Source: the human T2T-CHM13v2.0 reference genome, Homo sapiens
DNA length: 64,000 nt
Reading direction: 5' to 3' (one strand)
Assembly (NCBI RefSeq): GCF_009914755.1
Contig: NC_060943.1
This document shows, piece by piece, positions 15,127 through 28,329 of the stretch; within the stretch, counting starts at the first letter, position 1, and each line of letters opens with the position of its first letter. The notes beneath the pieces were generated by a model. It did no database searches and was not told the origin of the DNA. It was given only the letters and a program-made list of their open reading frames with translations. Made by a program: the position numbers and the translations under genes.

Positions 15127-16267
15127 CCAGTGGTTGAAATAAATTGGTAATGCAAGAGTCTTCATTAGGCAGGTGACCAAAGCTGGATTCTCATTGTGAA
15201 AAGAAAGCATTTATTCCAAGGTGGGAGGATGGATTGAACATGGGGGCCTGCTGCCCCAGTCAAGGCTGCAGCACCCAGCATCCCTATGAGGAGCCAGCCT
15301 GAGGACAATCAGAAGCCTGAACCAAGAAGAAGGAACAGAGAACCAAGACATCCTTGATGGCGTCACTGGGCTGCGGCACCGAACAAGCCTGGAGCCAACC
15401 ACACCTCAGGCTTCTCATCAGGCGAGTTAGTGAATTTCCTTCCAGGTGAAGCCAGTTTGATCTGGTTTTCTGTTATATGCAGCCAAATGCTTTCCACTAG
15501 ATGTGGTGAGTAAAAGACAGGAGGATTCTGTATAGAAGACCAATGACTGAGGTACAAGGATCCACAGAAACATCGACTGGCAGATTCTGAACCATAGCCC
15601 AGGATTCCTTCAGACATGTCACAGTAAGGTCCACCAATGTGTGCTACATGCCTGGCTTTGAGTTCTGGGACAGGGCTGTGGGAAAGGTGAATCAGATGAT
15701 CCTTTGGCTCTCCCAAGAGCTGAGCTCCCTGTCACTTTTCACACGCTGGTTCCTCCACCTGGAACACTGTTACCCTCTTCCACCTCCTTCTATCCAGCTA
15801 ACTCCTACTCAGCTTTCAGGTCTCAGCTCCACTGTCACTTCCTGAGATGCCCTCTTTGGAACTCCCACAATAGGTTATGACATCCTGCTTATTTATTCCT
15901 AAATTCCCCTCATTTTTCTTTCTAGAACTTATTTCAGTTGTCATCTATGGATTGATGTCCACCTTCCCAACTGAACTCAGAGTGTGCCATCAATTCTAAT
16001 AACTTCTTTATCCTGACCCACTTTTGTTAAATATTGTATTCTAAAAGGGAACCTTGTTTTGCTCTGGTAAGTGAGAAAGTCAATTTCCCTTCCTACAAAT
16101 AGAAGTCTGCAATCACAACACAACAAAATCAAAACAATGCCACTAAGTCCCAGGAAACCCTTGTATGTTTCTTAGGGCTAAGTTGGAGGTTGTCCCCTCT
16201 GTTAAAAAAAAGAAATGAACTGCACTGGGGGAGTGAAAGGAAAATGAAAGACTCAGCGCTGATCTGA

Positions 16268-16564
<297 letters not shown>

Positions 16565-16952
16565 GATGAGACTTTTATGACAAGAATTAGCGTGCTGGAC
16601 AGAGAAAGTAAAAGGAATGGCTTTATCAGGGTATCAAACCATGCCATTTGAGGACATTCCTGTGTACCCTCTAAAAACACCTCCTGGATCAACAGAGCAT
16701 GGATATCAAGCATCAGAAAACAACTAATGACCATGCAGGCACCCAGATGCCTTTTTACAGAGATTGTATTGCTTAGGAAGATATCCGAGGGGCACTGAGG
16801 ACAAATGTCTTCTGGGGGGCTGCCTGACTCACCCCTTTCTCTAAGAACAGCCCATCACCCATGGCCCCTGCTTAATAGGGCTGTGGCCACAGCTGACCCC
16901 ACCAGGATGGCCAATCAGCTTCCTTCTTATGCAATCTTGATTAAGGACCTCA

Positions 16953-17309
<357 letters not shown>

Positions 17310-17635
17310 CTATTGGCCTTGTGTTGTCGCATAGGATCAGAACCTGTCACTCAGTCTCTAGTCAATGTGCAGAGAGATCCAGGTCTGAATCAACTAGGTC
17401 TCCTTTGGGCTGACTTCCGTGCAGGGCTCAAAGGGGAGGCAGATACTGCCTTTTGACAATGCAATTGTGCCTGAGAGAAAAGCCTTCTATGGGGAAGCTG
17501 TTGAAGATGACACAAACAATGGCAATCCCACGAGGACTATGGGAAGCAGAGAGTAAGTACTCTGGCATATTAAAAGAATGGAGGAAAATGACTGATACTA
17601 ATCCAACCACAATAACAGCAACAGCAGCAGCTAAG

Positions 17636-18628
17636 TGTGGGGGAAAGAAAAATAGATCAGACCGTTACTGTGTCTATGTAGAAAAAGGAAGACATAAGAA
17701 ACTCCATTTTGATCTGTACTAAGAAAAATTCTTCTGCCTTGAGATGCTGTTAATCTGTAACCCTAGCCCCAACCCTGTGCTCACAGAAACATGTGCTGTA
17801 TTGACTCAAGGTTTAATGGAGTTAGGGCTGTGCAGGATGTGCCTTGGTAAACATGTGTTTGCAGGCAGTATGCTTGGTAAAAGTCATCGCCATTCTCCCG
17901 TCTCGGGTACCCAGGGACACAATGCACTGCGGAAGGCCACAGGGACCTCTGCCCGAGAAAGCCTGGGTATTGTCCAAGGTTTCCCCCCACTGAGACAGCC
18001 TGAGATGTGGCCTCGTGGGAAGGGAAAGACCTTACCTTCCCTCAGCCCGACACCCATAAAGGGTCTGTGCTGACGAGGATTCATGAAAGAGGAAGGCCTC
18101 TTTGCAGTTGAGATAAGAGGAAGGCATCTGTCTCCTGCTTGTCCCTGGGAATGGAATGTCTTGGTGTAAAACCCGAGCGTACATTCTATTTACTGAGATA
18201 GGAGAAAGCCGCCTTATGGCTGGAGGTAAGACATGCTGGCGGCAATACTGCTCTTTACTGCACTGAGATGTTTGGGTAAAGTCAAACATAAATCTGGCCT
18301 ACGTGCACATCGAGGCACAGCACCTTTCCTTAAACTTATTTATGACACAGAGTCCTTTGCTCACATGTTTTCCTGCTGACCCTCTCCCCACTCATTACCC
18401 TATAGTCCTGCCACATCCCCCTCATGGAGATGGTAGAGATAGTGATCAATAAATACTGAGAGAACTCAGAGACTGGTGCTGGTGTGGGTCCTCCATATGC
18501 TGAGTGCCAGTCCCCTGGGCCCACTTTTCTTCCTCTATACTTTGTCTCTGTGTCTTATTTCTTTTCTCAGTCTCTCATCTCCACCTTGCAAGAAATACCC
18601 ACAGGTGTAGAGGGGCAGGCACCCTTCA
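17636..18628 (+). mobile_element. Solo HERV-K(HML-2) LTR5 (older LTR5A/B type), antisense to ZNF550 in intron 1
   Basis: TGTGGGG...CCCTTCA ends, 993 bp, TSD CTAAG, AATAAA 18448-18453; matches my recollection of LTR5. Confidence 0.9.
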
Positions 18629-20089
18629 CTAAGTCCTCTGGTCCTCACTGTGTCCCTGCCAGGCTAAGGCTTCCTTAGCCGTGGTAAAGCAAATAAAGGC
18701 CTGACTTAAATCAGGCCTCCTGAATCTGACACTTGCCAGCTATGTGACTATGACGATGTCACATGATCTCTCTAAGGCTCGATTTCCGAATCAACACAAT
18801 AACTATTCCCATCTCAGCAGGCAGCTCTAAGAACTAAACAGAAAATGTTCACTTAGGCAATCAGTGGAGTGCCTAGCACATGTAAGTGCCTGATGTGTTT
18901 GGGAACTTTATTAATCCCCTGACAGGCCCAGAGGTAAATGTCGTTATCACTTCCATTTCACAGTCAGCAAAGGCTCAGGGAGCTTTAGAAATCAGGCACA
19001 GCCTCACATTTAAAAAGCAAAAGCAGCATTTGAGCACCGCTAAAACACCTCACCAAGCTGCCAGAGAGCAGGCAGGTGGGAGTGAGGGGTGCTTTTAGCT
19101 ACAGCCAGCACTGCCAGGATGGGTGTGGAACTGCAGCCCCGCAGAGACCTGAGAACAATGTCTCAGACAAAGGGAAGTGCAAGGGCAAAGGCTGAAAATG
19201 GGAAAGAGCTTGGCAAGCTCAGGATTCCCTGGATGAATGCAGTGAGAAAGGGGACAATGGAAGAGGAGAAAGAAGATGCGGTCAAAAGGGCAAACCAAGT
19301 ACAGCCTTGCAGACCATGCTGGTAGGAGGGGGTGGATTTATTGGAAATGTGATGAGAGTCCCTATAAGAGAGGCCTATTCAATCATCAACCATTTATTAA
19401 GTACAATAAATGTACTTAAGCCTGGCTGTTCTGGGTCTTGGGAGAGGGAAGCAACAGGCACTCACATTCCAGGGTTGGAAAAAGATCCTAAACAGGCAAC
19501 TAAATAAATGAGTAAGGCAATGTCAGATGGCCTTAAAGATTCAGATGACAAGAAAACAGAGCAAGGAGACCAAAGAGACTCTGGTCAGCTTTAAACGGTG
19601 CAACAGACGAGACCTCTTTAAGCAGCGGACACCAGAGGGAGTCAGAAATAAAGCAAAGGAGGGAGAGGTGGATGAGAAATTAACAACTACGACAGGAGCT
19701 GACAGTAATCTGGGCTATCATGAAAGTAATCAGAGTGACTGCTAGAGAGTAACCCTGGGCCTCATGTGTTATCTCCAAAGGGACACTACATCCTGCATAC
19801 CATCGCCACTGAACATTTTAATGGACTCGTTTTTCACCTGTAACTAAATGTCTTAAACAGGAAAATATACTGTTAGTTGCAACCCAGCGTCCCTTGCCCT
19901 AAACTGAAAGACAAATTCCTCAGCCTGCCCTACCACCTTTTCTGCCCTGGCATAGCAGCAACCGCAGAAACGCTCCTCCCACCTCTTTCAGCCGCTGCCC
20001 TTCGTGTTGTAGAGACAGGAGGCCAAGGAGGCCAGAGGGTCAGACTCCTGCTGGGGTTGAGTCTCCAAACCTAGCACAGGCCCAGGGAG

Positions 20090-21380
20090 CAGCTCCGGAA
20101 ACAACATCCTGAGCGACGTCCCCGGACCGTGCTGTGCACTGAGACGGACACACACACATCACCCAGGGAGCCGTTCAAGCTTCCTCAACCCCGGGGGGGA
20201 AAAGAGTAAATATTTCTACTTTGCGCGCGCAAAAATGAAGGACGAGGACAGTAACGGGACTTGTTCAAGGTCGCAGGCCCGAGAAAGGACATGGTTGGAA
20301 GAGCCACGAGGAGGACTGCGGTCGCTCCTCTCACCTGTGAGGGGTTCCGGGACCCTAAAAGCCCTATTTCATACCACAACGCCGCGCACCCCAGAAACGG
20401 GGACGCTCCCCACGCCACCGCGGGCCTGCATTCCGGACCCGGGACCGCGCGACCCCCTTCTAGGCCTCTAAGAAGCAACGGCAGGGACTGCACTGAGGAC
20501 GACCCTGAAACGCCGTCCTTCCGCTCGTCGGGCCCGGGACACTGAGGCCGGGTGGCCGCGGGGAGCCGAGCCAGTCTGCTCACCTGCGCTGCGTCCTTCG
20601 TCTCCGCCATCCGACCGTTGGCAGGACGAGGCCGCGTGGGGCAGCTCCCACGGGCTCAAAACCCTACCCCGGGTCCTACAACGGTGCGGAGGTGAGCCCC
20701 AGTCGCCCTACCATCCTTCCCAGCACAGTTCTGAGAGCGCGGACCAACACGCCCCACCACAAACGTCCACGCCAGCGAGGCCGGAAGTCCCGCCCCTGTG
20801 TCGCGGTCGCCTGCCACGCCTTTTCCTGCGCCGGCCCACTGCCTTCTAGGTAATGTAGTCTTGTCCCGTAAGAGGCCAGGCTTGGCTCTTTTTCCTTTTT
20901 TATTATGCACACCATGTTTCTGTATATCTCAGATGATCTTAGCGGAGCAAGTGTACACACTGGATTGTAAATTTTTAAAACTTCCTATTATTCGGATGCC
21001 TCAACGTCCCTACAAGCAGGCTGTGAGCACTCGCCCAGGCACCCAGGTAAACGAGTTTGATAAAGGGGGCCCTGCCACGAGGTTCCCCGCTTGCCTCCTC
21101 TGAGTGACCCAGTGACATTCCCATGTACCAGTAAAATCTTACGCCTGGTTACTGCGTCCTCCTCCACCCTGACGCCAGGCACTGTCCCTGGGACTGGCGT
21201 GGATCTGGACCCCCGCTTCCCGCGTGGAGCCATTCCCGGGACATGCTCGTGGGGTTCCGTCTGTGGGACGTCTGCCTCCTCTGTGTGGACTGGTGTTGCC
21301 CAGGGCTCAGGAAGGTCTCCAGGGGCCGTGAGTCCCCGCCCGCTTCCGGAGTCCAGCTTCGTGACACCATCGTGAGAAAG
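20090..21380. promoter_or_regulatory. ZNF550: ZNF550 CpG-island promoter
   Basis: CpG-rich; CCGGAAGTCCCGCCCC (ETS plus GC box) 20781-20796; ACTACATTACCTAGAAGGC (ZNF143-type) on - strand 20841-20859. Confidence 0.85.
20584..20610 (-). CDS. ZNF550: ZNF550 coding exon 1 (MAETKDAAQ)
   Basis: ATG 20610, CAG|GTGAG donor, phase 0 into the KRAB-A exon. Confidence 0.93.
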
Positions 21381-22141
21381 AATGCAGGGATGAGTCAAAA
21401 TGAAGCCAAAGGCAAGAAGCTTTTATTGGGAAGAAAAAGTACACATTTTTGAGAAGAGTGTACTTTTCCCAAGAGAAGAGGGAAATGCGGACGTACGAGG
21501 GAGAGCGGGTCATGCACAATGGAGTTTGGGTTTCTAATTTTATGGGCTCTTCTAATTAGGGGGTGGGATAATCATGAGGTTTTTCTAGGAAAAGGTGGGA
21601 ATTTCTTAGAATTGGGGTGCCAACCATTTTTATACTAAATGTGGGCGTGCTTGGATTGGCCTGGCACTGGTGGGTGTGTGATTTAATGTGGCAATGAGTG
21701 TATAATTAGGTCTGGGGTAGGAAATGGGTCAAATCTAGCGTCATGGGACAGCCTAGCCCCAATCCTGTTTGTTAAGGTCTCATCAGCCCAGTCTTCTTGT
21801 TGGAGTAGCTAATTTTAACAGCTTGATGTTTTCCCCCTTCTCCTGTGACCACACAGCATTCCTATTTTGTGGGTGTTTCTTTAATTAGAGAGTGGAATAA
21901 TTATTAGGTATTCTGGAAAAGGAGGGAAATTCAGGGACCCACCTGGTTACTGCCCCCTTTCTCTCTTATTTGGCTTTGCCCAGAAGAGTCATGGACATGT
22001 CATCCTGACTGGGATTTTGGCCATTCTTTCTCTTATTTTGGGTTTTCTGTTATCCTATGGTTTCTTTGCCTAGTTCTTGTTTTTATTTGTTGTTCGAATT
22101 TTTCCATCCTCCTGCAACCACCCAGTGCTATTCCTATATCA
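21294..22141 (-). mobile_element. ERV1 (MER4-group) LTR, LTR25-like
   Basis: Reads TGATATAGGAATAG...GGGCAACA on - strand, AATAAA 21422-21427; family from memory. Confidence 0.65.
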
Positions 22142-23544
22142 CTGTGAGTATAAACACCCTTTAACCTTATAGGCTTCTTGAAGTATAATTCCCAAGACCA
22201 TGTTGCAGTGGTCCTTAAAGAACCAATAAGGCAGAGAGAAACAAACATGTTCCAAATTTTGTTCTCAGGAGTAAACCTTACTCAATTGTTAAAGGCTGTA
22301 GCTAGCTCAAAAGAAGTTTCCTTGACTCTGAAAAACAAAACAAGGATCAGCAATGTTCCAAGCAAAAGTCAAAAAGATTATTTCAGTTTTTCTATTAGTT
22401 CAGCCTATTCTGTTAACTCTTGTTCTGCTTGATATTTATAAACATTTTAGCTTTTCATGAGTCCTGTATGTTTTTCAGTTATCAGAAACCTGCATTTAGG
22501 AATACCTGTTAAAGTATTCCTACATCTGATTATGAACCATATTTTGAAGAGGATTAAAACAAGACAACAATTGTCTGTAAATGACAAAATGTCCAGGGTG
22601 GTTAGTCAAAAACATGATTGACAAAAAAAATTTGGTTATCTCCGTGGTTTACAATAACAACATAACAACCTTAATTGTGGTTGATAGTGTATACTTTCAC
22701 ATTAGAGTTTTCTAAATCCCATGCAGTTTTGGAACACATATTAATAGTATTTGCTGAAATATAACCTGAAGAAGATTAGACATCATTTTGGCAATCCCAT
22801 GTAACAAAACATGTCAAATAATCCTGCTTGCCTCTTTTCTGGATGCCCCAGGGACCCTCTGTAGCATCCAAAACGTAGGTGTCAAGAAAGACAATTGATT
22901 TGTGGAAGCCTGTTAAATATGTTAACAGGCTTAAAATATTTGATGTTATGTACTAGAATTCCAGATTACTATAAGTTATTTATTTTGCCAAAATGATGAC
23001 TCAAAAATTTGAAAAAGCAAAAACCTTTCATTAGCCTTTACTATTACATGAAAATTGTGTTCAAGAGAGAGAAAGCCAAATTTCACCCTTACATTAGTGT
23101 ACTATTAATGTCAACCACAATTTTTAATGAAACAATTATAGGCAATTCTATCCAATCTTAACCAGTTTGACAATGAGGTGAGATTTTCACAAACCTTTTA
23201 TAACCCTTTACAAATTTTGCTAAAGAGTAGATTCATGCATTAAGAGTTCTTTGTTGTGCTTTTATTTCAATGCTCAATTTACAGAAAACCACATAATACC
23301 CTTTTGAATGTAGTCAATATATTCACACAGAGTTTCCTTTGCAAGATTAATTCTTACAATTTTTTCCCCAGTTTGCTTAAACCTTCAGTTGTATTTTATC
23401 TACTTTAAGACAATTCTTTATCCCTAGGCAAAACGTACATTGCCATGCCTTCTTATAATTTTTTACAAAAAACACATTTTACTGTTTTTACACACATTGC
23501 ATGTAAATCTATTCAGTAGTCTCAATTACATGTCATAATGGTAA

Positions 23545-23845
<301 letters not shown>

Positions 23846-24211
23846 CTACCTCTTAGCAATTTTTAACTTTAGTGTAAAACCTGGTAAGTTGTTTTAATTA
23901 TTTGCTGGGTGCAGATAAAGTTTAACTCCTTCCAGAATAAGTTAGGGGCTTGGTTACTTCCATATGTTCCCAGACTTTACCCATTGTGAAGCAGGCAAGT
24001 TGAACAGTTCTTAAAGGCCAAAGGAGCAGTACAACCTTAAAACATTTAGCAAACCTACCATCTGACCTGCATAATTTAGACCACATATTTACATCTTGAG
24101 TACATTTGTATTTTACCAATAATCCCTAAGACTGTTTTATTTTTAAAGATTAAAGTCACATGAACTAAGAGAAATTACAGTTTTTACTATTCTTTCAAAA
24201 AAGATTTGATC

Positions 24212-24532
<321 letters not shown>

Positions 24533-25285
24533 TCAATTACAGCTCTTTTTTATAGACATCACACAACACATATATGACTACACAGACAGAAGAAGATCCA
24601 GCAGCTCAGGGTGGAGCCCTTTAAGAATAAGGCTACAAAAGCATGCAGTTTCTGGGGCCTAATAAACAGGCATAGCTCGAAGGCCAAAACAGATTTTGAG
24701 AGGGATTTATCCATCTCTAATTCTTGGGGTTCCATGAGGAAAACAGATTTCCCCCAAATTGAATCTGTGGCACCTTGTCTGTTTTCTCAAGGAGTCCAAG
24801 GCCACCAGAAGTCATCCTTGAGCCTTTCATGCATGCACCAAGATTGGCAAGACAGAGTGGAGAAAAGTAATTCAGTTGACTGAGATACAAACCTTTTCCA
24901 GAAAAACAAGATCTAAGAAGAGAAAAACATAAAGGCGTTTCAAGGACACCTATAACTTGGGTATCCACTTTTAATTAAGCTGAGTGCTCTTTCATAAAAT
25001 TCTTCTTTACTAATTAAAACTTTACAGATAATATAAACAATGATCCTTATCTTTTTTTTTTTTTTACTGGTTTGCATCACTCTTTGTTCACAATCATGTT
25101 CAGGTTCTCCAGTTTACTTTTGGGGAAAGTGGCTGGATTCAGGCAAGGACAGGTTTTTAACTGGACTGTAGATCCCTCTAACAGCAAGCCCTGATATTTG
25201 AAGAGGCAATTGTCTGTTAGCCAGAGACTTCCCTTAGAGGATAGCAGTCCTGCTATATTATGTGGGGTCTAAACAGTTATTTTCC

Positions 25286-25586
<301 letters not shown>

Positions 25587-25589
25587 CAG

Positions 25590-26240
25590 TTATTTCCCAT
25601 TATTAACTTGGTGGCCTCTGGCACGAGCAAAGCCACCAATGCAACTTCTTGGAGGAAGGCTGGCCATCCTTTAACCACCAAGTCAAGTTCCTTGCTTAGG
25701 TAACCCACTGGCTGTTGAGCTGGACCTCGAGCCTTTGTTAAAATTCCCTGGGCCGTTTCCTTTCTTTCTGATACATAGAGATTAAATGTGTTCCCTATGA
25801 GAAGACTGAGGGCTGGTGTTTTAAGTAATGCTTGTTTTAACTGGTTAAGGCTTTTGAGTTTTAAGATTCCAAGTATTAGTTGCTTGAGTTTCTTTTATGA
25901 GGTGGTATAAAGGGTGAGGTATTTCACCATATCCAGGTACCCACAGTCTGCAAAATTCAGTAATTCCTAAGAATCCCCTTAACTGTTAAAGGAAATGGGC
26001 TTAATCCTTTCCTTACCTGGTGCTCTTGTCCCTTCTGATAAGACTAGACCTAGGTACTTTACTGAAGTCTGACAGAGCTGAGCTTTAGATTTTGAAGTCG
26101 TATATCCCCTTTCTGCCAAGAAATTGAAGAGAGCCTCAGTGCTTTCCTGTTACTTCCTTGGTTGGAGCACAGAGGAGACTGTCATTTATATACTTCAAAG
26201 TTTAAACTTGAGGGTGAGAAAAATTAGAAAAACATTTGGA
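25590..26240 (-). pseudogene. ERV pol remnant (RT palm to connection)
   Basis: LKYINDSLLCAPT (YxDD decayed to YIND, 26181-26192), SKSKAQLCQTSVKYLGLVLSEG, GYLSKELDLVVKGWP. Confidence 0.85.
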
Positions 26241-27350
26241 CAGGGTCTGTTTCAGCAACTTCCTTCTGATATCGGGGGGTGCCTGAGTAATAAACCTGCT
26301 CTTTATTGAATTGGGAGACAGGGAGGTGTGTTTCACTAAGGCCTCTCTCAGCCTTTCCATAACGGCTGAGGGATTTTCATCTGATTTTTGATTTAACATG
26401 GATTGTTTAGAGTAATTAAGAGGTTTGGTTTTGTTTTTTGCTAGCCTTTTAATATGCACATCAGAAAGTGTATTCCACTCATCTATGCGATGACTAGTCT
26501 CCACTTAGGGTTTTCAAGGGGCACTGTTTATCTTCCTACTGGGAATGGGAATCCTGTCTCTTTTTTACCCTCTTTCCCCTTTTGACTGGGTTTCTTTTTT
26601 GACTGGCTATAGGATACATGCTGTTTGTCGGTGAATCTCTCTGCTGCCTTAGGGCTGCCTGTTTCTCAGCAGCAGTTAGAGTTTGGCTTAGGAGTAACAT
26701 AACATCTCCCCATGCAAGATCAAACATTTGGGTTAGATTTTAGAAAGCTTTTATGTATCTATCAGGGTCATCCAAAAACTTGCCTAAGACCCCCTTTGTT
26801 TGTCTAAGGTACTGCAATGATATGGGAACTTGAACTCTAGTGGCACCATGTCCATTGGGCATTTCCTGCAGGGTCAACAGTGAAGTTGAGTTTTCTTGTG
26901 TGGCACAGCTGGAGGAGCTGATGCTTGGCTATTGGAGGCCCCAGATAAGGGATGGGGAGGTAGAGCATCCAGAAGTTGCATTTGAGGGGGTTTTCTGACT
27001 TTGCGGTGTTGTCCACTGTGGGCTTGTCTGATATGACTCTTAAGAGGGCAGAGTCAATTTTGCAGTGCTTACAAAGAGCTGGGCTGTTTCACAGGGCAAA
27101 GAAGGCTTGCACATAGGGGACCTCAGACCGTTTGCCCTCCCACGTGCAGAAAAGATCTAGTTATTGGATATTATTGAAATTAACACTTCCCTCAGCAGCC
27201 CAGGCCTATCCATCCTGGAGCTGGTAAGATGGCTATGTCCTCGTACAGAAGAATATAAGCCATTTTTCTTCAGTCTCAGGGTTAAAAGTCTCAGTGTCTC
27301 AGGATGCACTCAAGAGGAGTGCAGACTGAAGATGGTTTGTTACCTGTTTT
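26240..27350 (-). pseudogene. ERV gag remnant (MA-CA)
   Basis: GNKPSSVCTPLECILRH, FDLAWGDVMLLLSQTLTAAEKQAAL, QKSDENPSAVMERLREALVKHT (MHR-like), FITQAPPDIRRKL. Confidence 0.85.
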
Positions 27351-28329
27351 AAAAAGAGTAGGAGAAAAGGCGTCCCTTGGTCTTTTTCCTTTTTTTGGTG
27401 TGACCCAGGGTGGAGGGAAAGATCGAAAGTGCATCCCACTTCTCTTTCTTCCCATACTCTGGGTCCTGGCCACCATCATAGGTGTCACCCATGGATGCAA
27501 GCATGACCTTCACCCGTGGATCTGGAAGAGCTAGTTGGGTGTAATAGTCATGCTTACCTGTATGAGGACCTGACTCTCCACGCTGCTGGTTTCCTAGTCC
27601 CAAGTGGCCCATAAGGCTCCCAGGGTACCCTAGTGGTCTGGGAGATATTGTATTTGGGTGAGACCCTTTAATGGAGGGAGTGTTTTAATACTATCTCTGG
27701 CTTCCCTTGCTATGGCCCTAGCAAAACATTGAAATCCCAGAGAATGGGACCGATTGACTTCCAAATATGAAATCTTCTTTTTATTTAAATGCCAGTGTAG
27801 TTCAATGCAGAACAGGTGACTCAAAAGAACATAAGGATTGAGTGGCTGTTCTCCCGACTGTTAAAGGTACAGCTTTGCTGTTAACAGATGGAGCATGGAG
27901 CTTAGTCCCTAACAGAGGCACACAGGAGGGAGAGGAATTGGGGAACTAATGGTTTTGCACAAAGGGCAGATAGGGCTCCTTATGGAGAAAAAATCCTATT
28001 TCACTTGGTGGCGCTGTAGGATCTGAAATGTTAAATAAGAACTCTGACTCCAAATTCTTTCCAGGAAGAAGTTAGAAAGAGAGGTTTGGGCTTAATAGGC
28101 TGTCCCCATTGTATGCCTTCCAGAAGAAGAAAATTAACTTGTCTCATAATGGAACTGTCTAGATTCATTGGGCAGTCCTGAGCTTTTACATGGAGGAAAA
28201 ACACAACCCAAATGGAGAGGGAGAAGGGTATTCACTCAGCATGAAATATCCCCTCTATACAGTGCCATGAATGTCTGTCATTAGGGACAAAAAGCTCTCA
28301 CTAGGTGAAAGTTTAGACAGAAATCCTCT

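Noticed and set aside
20185-20583. 141-aa ORF continuing from the ZNF550 ATG
   Set aside because: Read-through past a consensus donor into GC-rich intron 1
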